Source of the DNA: Candidatus Yanofskybacteria bacterium CG10_big_fil_rev_8_21_14_0_10_36_16
Lineage (GTDB): Bacteria; Patescibacteriota; Minisyncoccia; 2-02-FULL-40-12; IGHO2-01-FULL-4-A
DNA length: 39,062 nucleotides
Reading direction: 5' to 3'
Assembly (NCBI GenBank): GCA_002794035.1
Contig: PCXQ01000002.1
Coordinates: 1-39,062, forward strand
Shown here: piece by piece, positions 34,254 through 39,062 of the stretch
Numbering within the stretch: position 1 is the first letter of the stretch
How the letters are laid out: each line of letters begins with the position of its first letter
Position numbers and translations under genes: made by a program
The notes under the pieces: generated by a model
Database searches by the model: none
The model's input: the letters and a program-made list of their open reading frames with translations, nothing else
What the model was told of the DNA's origin: nothing

Positions 34254-34868
34254 TTAAGTTAGCTTGCCCTCAGCTTCTTTCATCTTCTTCTCTATCTCAG
34301 AATCACCGGGGCTTAGCTTTAGCATTGCCTTAAAAGATTCTACAGCATCACTCCAGTTTTTAAGCTTAAAATACACCAACCCTAATTCTCTGTAAAAATT
34401 AGGGTTCTTAGGATTTCGAGCAATTTCCATAATAAGCTCTTGCTCCCTCTGTCTCAACTTCTCTTCCTTGCTTAATACAATAATTGGCTTCTCCTCAATC
34501 AAATCAAAATTACCGTTTTGGGCTTCTAATTTTTCTGTTCGTCTCTTGTGGTTAATAGAAGCGGATTTAATTTTTGTAATTAAATCATGAATAAATCTAT
34601 CAATTTTTAAAGAGATTATTCTTAATCGTCTTAATATTTTTTCAGAAAATGAAAAATACGCTTTCTTGTGTTCTGTAAAATCCACCTTCCCTACTGATTG
34701 TAATAATTCTGGGAAAAGTTCCCCAAAAAAACTGCTAGGAGCATCACCTGCCCCACTTTCTATTATTTCCGGATTAAGTTTTTTGAGATAGCTAAACTTA
34801 CGACCCACAATAAAAAGTATGGCCGTTAGTGATACTGCAAAAATTATCAGAGGAGCTATTAGATACAT
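34254..34868 (-). CDS. membrane-anchored coiled-coil/TPR protein
   Basis: N-terminal TM and a C-terminal TPR-like FYRELGLVYFKLKNWSDAVESFKAMLKLSPGD. Confidence 0.5.
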   Translation of the reverse strand: MYLIAPLIIFAVSLTAILFIVGRKFSYLKKLNPEIIESGAGDAPSSFFGELFPELLQSVGKVDFTEHKKAYFSFSEKILRRLRIISLKIDRFIHDLITKIKSASINHKRRTEKLEAQNGNFDLIEEKPIIVLSKEEKLRQREQELIMEIARNPKNPNFYRELGLVYFKLKNWSDAVESFKAMLKLSPGDSEIEKKMKEAEGKLT

Positions 34869-34951
34869 CTGACAATCAACATTTCACCTTCACTTTGGGA
34901 CCGACATTTATGTCAGCCATGAATGGTTAAATGCCGAATGCTGTTTTAAAT

Positions 34952-35401
34952 CTAAATTTCTAACCGCATAAATTTTCCGATTTTAATATTTTCGCCTAAT
35001 TTAGCAATAAATTGATTCATAAATTCTTCAATGGTCATGCTCTGGTCTCTTATATATTCTTGCCCCAACAATTCAGCAACATCTTTAGGGTTCATAGCTG
35101 TTATATGCATAGCAATTTCATGAGTAAGCTCTTGAAACATCGGGTTTTTAGCCACAAAATCAGTTTCACACAAAACAGAAACTACAGTAGCAATCTTGCC
35201 ATTGGCGTGAACATACGACCCTATCAATCCCTGCTCAGTTGAACGAGATTCCTTTTTTGCAGCAACCACTGCGCCATGTGCCTTTAAAATATCGAGTGCT
35301 CTTGCCTGATCTCCTCCTGATTCTTCGAGGGCCTTTTTTATTTGACCAATTGAAAAACCGGTCATATCTCTAATTTTTTTAATTACTTCAATGTCATTCA
35401 T
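34952..35401 (-). CDS. tsf: elongation factor Ts, short form
   Basis: UBA-like IKKIRDMTGFSIGQIKKALEESGGDQARALDIL; LIGSYVHANGKIATVVSVLCETDFVAKN. 149 aa. Confidence 0.88.
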   Translation of the reverse strand: MNDIEVIKKIRDMTGFSIGQIKKALEESGGDQARALDILKAHGAVVAAKKESRSTEQGLIGSYVHANGKIATVVSVLCETDFVAKNPMFQELTHEIAMHITAMNPKDVAELLGQEYIRDQSMTIEEFMNQFIAKLGENIKIGKFMRLEI

Positions 35402-35450
35402 AATTAAATAATAAAATAAGTTATATTTTTATATTTTTTAATCTTAAATA

Positions 35451-36146
35451 TTATTTTAAGGATTTTTTAATCGTATCTAACACCAGCTTTACTGAACCCC
35501 TTGAGTTGTCATTTGCTGGAATTGGGTAATCAAGCATTTTAGGATCGCTATCAGTATTAACAATGCCTACGGTCTTAATGCCCAGCCTCTTTGCTTCTCT
35601 AATTGGTAATTGACTTTCTTTTAAAGATGAGACAAATATCACATCTGGCATTTTGGTCATGTTTTGAATTCCTCCAAATTTGTCTTTCATTAATCTCAAC
35701 TCTCTTTCCATTTTTATTTTTTCTTTTTTGGTATGCTTTTTCATCTTTTCCGGAGAACTCAAACTATCACCAAGATCCAGCATCTGCTTAACACGATCCC
35801 TTATGGTTTTAAAATTGGTAAGCGTTCCTCCAATCCATCTCTCAACCACATAAGGCATTTTCAAATGTTCCGCTGTTTCTTTAACAAGGTCTGCTGATTG
35901 TTTTGTAGGACCAACAAATAAAACAACTCCCCCTTCCTCTAAGGATTTTTTAAGAAATTCAATTGCATCAAACAGAGCACTGTTAGTTTTAACCAAATCT
36001 ATTATGTAGATATTTTCACGAGAAGTATAAATATACGGTCTCATGTTTGGGTTAAAGACAGTCTTTTTTCTGCCATAATGCATACCTGCTTCTAACATAT
36101 CTTCGTATTCAGGAAGGATATTTAATTGTGTTTGTTTTTCTTTCAT
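35451..36146 (-). CDS. rpsB: 30S ribosomal protein S2
   Basis: MLEAGMHYGRKKTVFNPNMRPYIY...IYIIDL...VERWIGGTLTN. Upstream of tsf, as in most bacteria. Confidence 0.95.
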   Translation of the reverse strand: MKEKQTQLNILPEYEDMLEAGMHYGRKKTVFNPNMRPYIYTSRENIYIIDLVKTNSALFDAIEFLKKSLEEGGVVLFVGPTKQSADLVKETAEHLKMPYVVERWIGGTLTNFKTIRDRVKQMLDLGDSLSSPEKMKKHTKKEKIKMERELRLMKDKFGGIQNMTKMPDVIFVSSLKESQLPIREAKRLGIKTVGIVNTDSDPKMLDYPIPANDNSRGSVKLVLDTIKKSLK

Positions 36147-36311
36147 GCTTTAACATGCCCCCAAACTTCACCTTGGGATGCTTATAAGGAATAGTAACAG
36201 AAATTTAATAAATTGCAACACCAAATCCTCTCTTTTGTAAAAATATACAAAAAACACATTTCTTATTAAACAATTCTTGATTCATTTTAAGTTTTGTGCT
36301 AATATTGGCTC

Positions 36312-36566
36312 ATGAAACAAAATACACATCCAAATTATTTCGACAATTCAAAAGTTCATTGTGCATGTGGTAACGAATGGACCACAGGATCAACAGTCCC
36401 GGAGTACGACGTGGAAATATGCTCAAATTGCCATCCTTTTTACACAGGTAAGGAAAAAAACATAGACAAAGCTGGGAGAATTGATCGTTTCAAAAAGAGA
36501 CTCGAAAAACAGCAGGAAAAAGCAACACCAGTAAAAAAACTCCGCAAAAACAAACAAAAAAATTAA
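36312..36566 (+). CDS. rpmE: 50S ribosomal protein L31
   Basis: MKQNTHPNY...CACGNEW...[11 protein letters not shown]...GRIDRFKKR. Confidence 0.92.
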   Translation: MKQNTHPNYFDNSKVHCACGNEWTTGSTVPEYDVEICSNCHPFYTGKEKNIDKAGRIDRFKKRLEKQQEKATPVKKLRKNKQKN

Positions 36567-36687
36567 CCGTTTATTTATTTATACGGCATCGCCCTCGTTT
36601 TGTTTTTTGTACTTAACTTAAATTGATAACCAACACAGTTCTTCCAACTCAAAACGGACTGCGATAACATAAAATCAAACTTATTTC

Positions 36688-37569
36688 GTGGTTCAAATAG
36701 AATCTCTAAAACAAGAATTAAAAGAATTAGAACAAAAGCTCACTGACCCTGAGTTTGTTTCTGATTATAAAAAAGTTGCCGAATCTTCAAAGCGCATGGC
36801 TGAAATACAAAGAATTTTAGAAAATCCAGAAGAGGCCGAAACAGGAGGAAATGAGGCCATAGTAGAAATTAGGGCGGGAACAGGGGGCGATGAAGCTGCC
36901 CTATTTGCGAGTAATTTGTTTGAAATGTACAAAAGATACTCAGAAATAAAAGGGTGGTCATTATCAGTGCTTGATTCAAACCAAACAACTCTTGGAGGCT
37001 GCAAAAGCATTACTTTTGAATTGTCGGGCAAAGATATATTTAAAAAAATGCGTTATGAGTCTGGCGTTCATAGGGTACAAAGAGTTCCTGAAACCGAAAA
37101 AAGTGGCCGCGTACACACATCAACAGCAACTGTAGCTGTCTTACCCAAAGCCAAAGAGTCAGATATAGAAATAAATCCCGAGGAATTGGAAATAAGCTTT
37201 TATAGAGCTGGCGGACCAGGTGGACAAAACGTAAACAAGGTCTCAACAGCTGTAAGAATCACACACAAACCTACAGGAATCGTTGTTTCTTCTCAAAAAG
37301 AAAGATCACAACAGAGAAATCGCGAACTGGCAATTGAAATATTGCGAGCAAAATTATTAGATATAAAAAGAGAAGAAGAAGAAAAAAAAGAAACTTCCGC
37401 CAGGAGAGAACAAATAGGCACTGGGGAAAGATCAGAAAAAATACGCACCTATAACTTCCCCCAAGATAGAATAACTGACCATCGCATCAAAAAAAATTGG
37501 GGTAATATAGAAAAAATATTAGCAGGCAACTTAGAACCCATAATCTCTGCCTTACAAGAAGCAAAATAA
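36688..37569 (+). CDS. prfA: peptide chain release factor 1, N-terminally short
   Basis: GVHRVQRVPETEKSGRVHTSTATVAVLP (PxT-type, RF1-like) and GGPGGQNVNKVSTAVRITH. GTG start; an in-frame TAA at 36670-36672 prevents any longer N-terminus. Confidence 0.88.
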   Translation: MVQIESLKQELKELEQKLTDPEFVSDYKKVAESSKRMAEIQRILENPEEAETGGNEAIVEIRAGTGGDEAALFASNLFEMYKRYSEIKGWSLSVLDSNQTTLGGCKSITFELSGKDIFKKMRYESGVHRVQRVPETEKSGRVHTSTATVAVLPKAKESDIEINPEELEISFYRAGGPGGQNVNKVSTAVRITHKPTGIVVSSQKERSQQRNRELAIEILRAKLLDIKREEEEKKETSARREQIGTGERSEKIRTYNFPQDRITDHRIKKNWGNIEKILAGNLEPIISALQEAK

Positions 37570-37600
37570 TTTAAAAAATGTTATAATAATAGAACTATAA

Positions 37601-38131
37601 ATGAGTAATAAAAATAAAAAAAATAATAACCCCCCCAAACATTTTCCTTCAGGTCCTGTTTTTGAGTCTGGACTAGGCTGGGGTGAAAAATTGAAAAATT
37701 GGTTTAAAGAAGATTTTCTGAACAAATTTTTGCCAGCAATTGCAATTCTTGTCCTAATAGCCGGTGTCCTATCATTTCTACAAAAAAATTCAAGCAAAGA
37801 AGATCTAGTCACTGACGAATATAACTCGGAAACAAAGGAATCAATTATAAAAATAGCCAAGCCCAGAGACAGTTACACAATACTAGCAAGACAGGCTCTA
37901 TCTGAATATTTAACAGAAAACCCGACTGATTTAACTAACGGACAAAAAGTATTTATAGAAGAGACTCTGCGCCGTGAAGTTGAAGAAGGAACCATACAAA
38001 TAGGTCAAGAAGTAACATTTCAAATTTCAAACATAAAAGATGCCATAGACAAAGCAAATTCTCTTACTCCTTTCCAACTGCAAAAATGGCAAGCATGGGC
38101 AGAGACAGTGGAGTTTAATGATAGTTTTTAG
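37601..38131 (+). CDS. hypothetical membrane-anchored protein
   Basis: 176-aa ORF with a basic N-terminus, one TM (FLPAIAILVLIAGVLSFL) and a soluble C-terminal domain. Confidence 0.5.
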   Translation: MSNKNKKNNNPPKHFPSGPVFESGLGWGEKLKNWFKEDFLNKFLPAIAILVLIAGVLSFLQKNSSKEDLVTDEYNSETKESIIKIAKPRDSYTILARQALSEYLTENPTDLTNGQKVFIEETLRREVEEGTIQIGQEVTFQISNIKDAIDKANSLTPFQLQKWQAWAETVEFNDSF

Positions 38132-38154
38132 CATCATAATTTTTAAAAGAAAAC

Positions 38155-38187
38155 AAAAACAGCTCCGCAAAGGCGGAGCTGTTTTTT
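38155..38187. terminator. bidirectional terminator
   Basis: aaaaACAGCTCCGC-aaag-GCGGAGCTGTtttttt, between convergent genes. Confidence 0.75.
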
Positions 38188-38211
38188 ATAAATATGTTTT
38201 AATATTTTTTG

Positions 38212-38880
38212 TTAATTATCTTCGCTATCTCCTTCTTTTTCTTCACCTGAATCTTTATCTTCCTTCTTCTCACCAACCTCAACATCTTCTACACTGGTTT
38301 CACCCGATGATACTTCTGACTCTTCACCTGCTTGTTCTTGGATTAAAGCAATAATATCTTCTGGATCTGCCTGAAATTCTACCCTGTCTGAAATAAATAA
38401 ATCTTTTACTAAAACGTAATCACCAATTTTTTTAAGAGTGGAAATATCAACTGTAATTTCGTGAGGCAAATCTTGCGGTAAGGCCTCTACTTCAAGCTCT
38501 TTAACATTAACAACCAAAACCCCGTTTGAATCTTTAACAGCGGGAGATTCCCCTATTGTCACAACGGGAATATAGGTTGTTATCTTCTCATCAAGACGAA
38601 TCTTGTAAAAATCAGCGTGTAATATCTCGTCGCTAACAGGATCTGTAGCAACATCGTGAATGATTGTCGACACTTCTTCTTTACCAACATTAATATAAAC
38701 AACTGTTGACTCACCTGCTTCAGCATAAATTCTTTCAAATTCCTTAACAGGAATTTGAATATTTTTGGGCTCAAAATCACGGCCATAAACTACTGCCGGA
38801 ATAAATCCTTCACTCCTTAAGATTTTAACCTTACGGCCACTAATCTCTCTTGGTTGTACATTTAATTGAATTTTTTCCAT
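38212..38880 (-). CDS. rplY: 50S ribosomal protein L25/Ctc-type with acidic tail
   Basis: LNVQPREISGRKVKILRSEGFIPAVVYGRDFEPKNIQI...LHADFYKI, with an Asp/Glu/Ser-rich C-terminus. Confidence 0.9.
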   Translation of the reverse strand: MEKIQLNVQPREISGRKVKILRSEGFIPAVVYGRDFEPKNIQIPVKEFERIYAEAGESTVVYINVGKEEVSTIIHDVATDPVSDEILHADFYKIRLDEKITTYIPVVTIGESPAVKDSNGVLVVNVKELEVEALPQDLPHEITVDISTLKKIGDYVLVKDLFISDRVEFQADPEDIIALIQEQAGEESEVSSGETSVEDVEVGEKKEDKDSGEEKEGDSEDN

Positions 38881-38900
38881 TACTATATATAAGCAAATTT

Positions 38901-39062
38901 TTATTGGTTTGTAAATAGTTTAAGCTTTTTCCTTATCATATCTTTGGTGGCCTCATAACTAGGCCTTAAAAACTTATATGGGGTAGTCTGATTAGGTTCC
39001 TTTTTAAACTCTTCTACAAGCGCGCTGTGGTAAGCTATACGAAGCTCGGTATTTACATGCAC
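38901..39062 (-). CDS. fba: class II fructose-bisphosphate aldolase, C-terminal 53 aa (5' end beyond window)
   Basis: VHVNTELRIAYHSALVEEFKKEPNQTTPYKFLRPSYEATKDMIRKKLKLFTNQ* resembles the conserved aldolase II tail (INxDTxLxxAF...DPRKYL.PA...M...V...LFGS). Confidence 0.6.
   Translation of the reverse strand: MHVNTELRIAYHSALVEEFKKEPNQTTPYKFLRPSYEATKDMIRKKLKLFTNQ

Overview
AT-rich (roughly 35-40% GC by eye), densely coded bacterial segment. By inference it looks like a streamlined CPR/Patescibacteria-type genome, based on a TrbC/VirB2-like pilin gene, an O-antigen-ligase/TPR giant membrane protein, and a short EF-Ts, RF1 and UvrC. Housekeeping content: pyrG (partial), lemA, groES-groEL with a CIRCE operator, htrA, uvrC, dnaB-recR, rplJ-rplL, mltG, rpmG, tsf-rpsB, rpmE-prfA, rplY and fba (partial). 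There is a six-gene MoxR/DUF58/VWA/TPR (Bat-like) operon at 8.1-14.5 kb. The unusual part is 27.0-34.3 kb. It holds an uncharacterised accessory block: a MerR-like HTH, a small 3-TM protein, a 194-aa unknown, a DEDDh exonuclease, and a ~940-aa protein with a Myb/SANT-like N-terminus plus tandem degenerate and intact metallophosphoesterase-like halves. This block abuts a strongly expressed-looking, GC-rich 32-codon hydrophobic peptide gene and a tRNA cluster (Trp, Thr, Tyr, Thr). In that cluster, intact tRNA-Trp and tRNA-Tyr genes are each bracketed by 5' and 3' remnants of a second copy of the same tRNA. The Tyr case also carries a decayed GIY-YIG endonuclease gene and a train of perfect hairpins. 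A GC-rich box, TCAAGrGCGGGG(T)TGAC, recurs next to promoters at about seven intergenic sites. Genes absent from the ORF track that I support from the sequence: pyrG, fba, rpmG, four tRNAs, the 32-aa ORF, an Ada-like Zn-finger ORF with an in-frame TAA, and the GIY-YIG pseudogene. All functional calls rest on motif recognition by eye; no database search was run.
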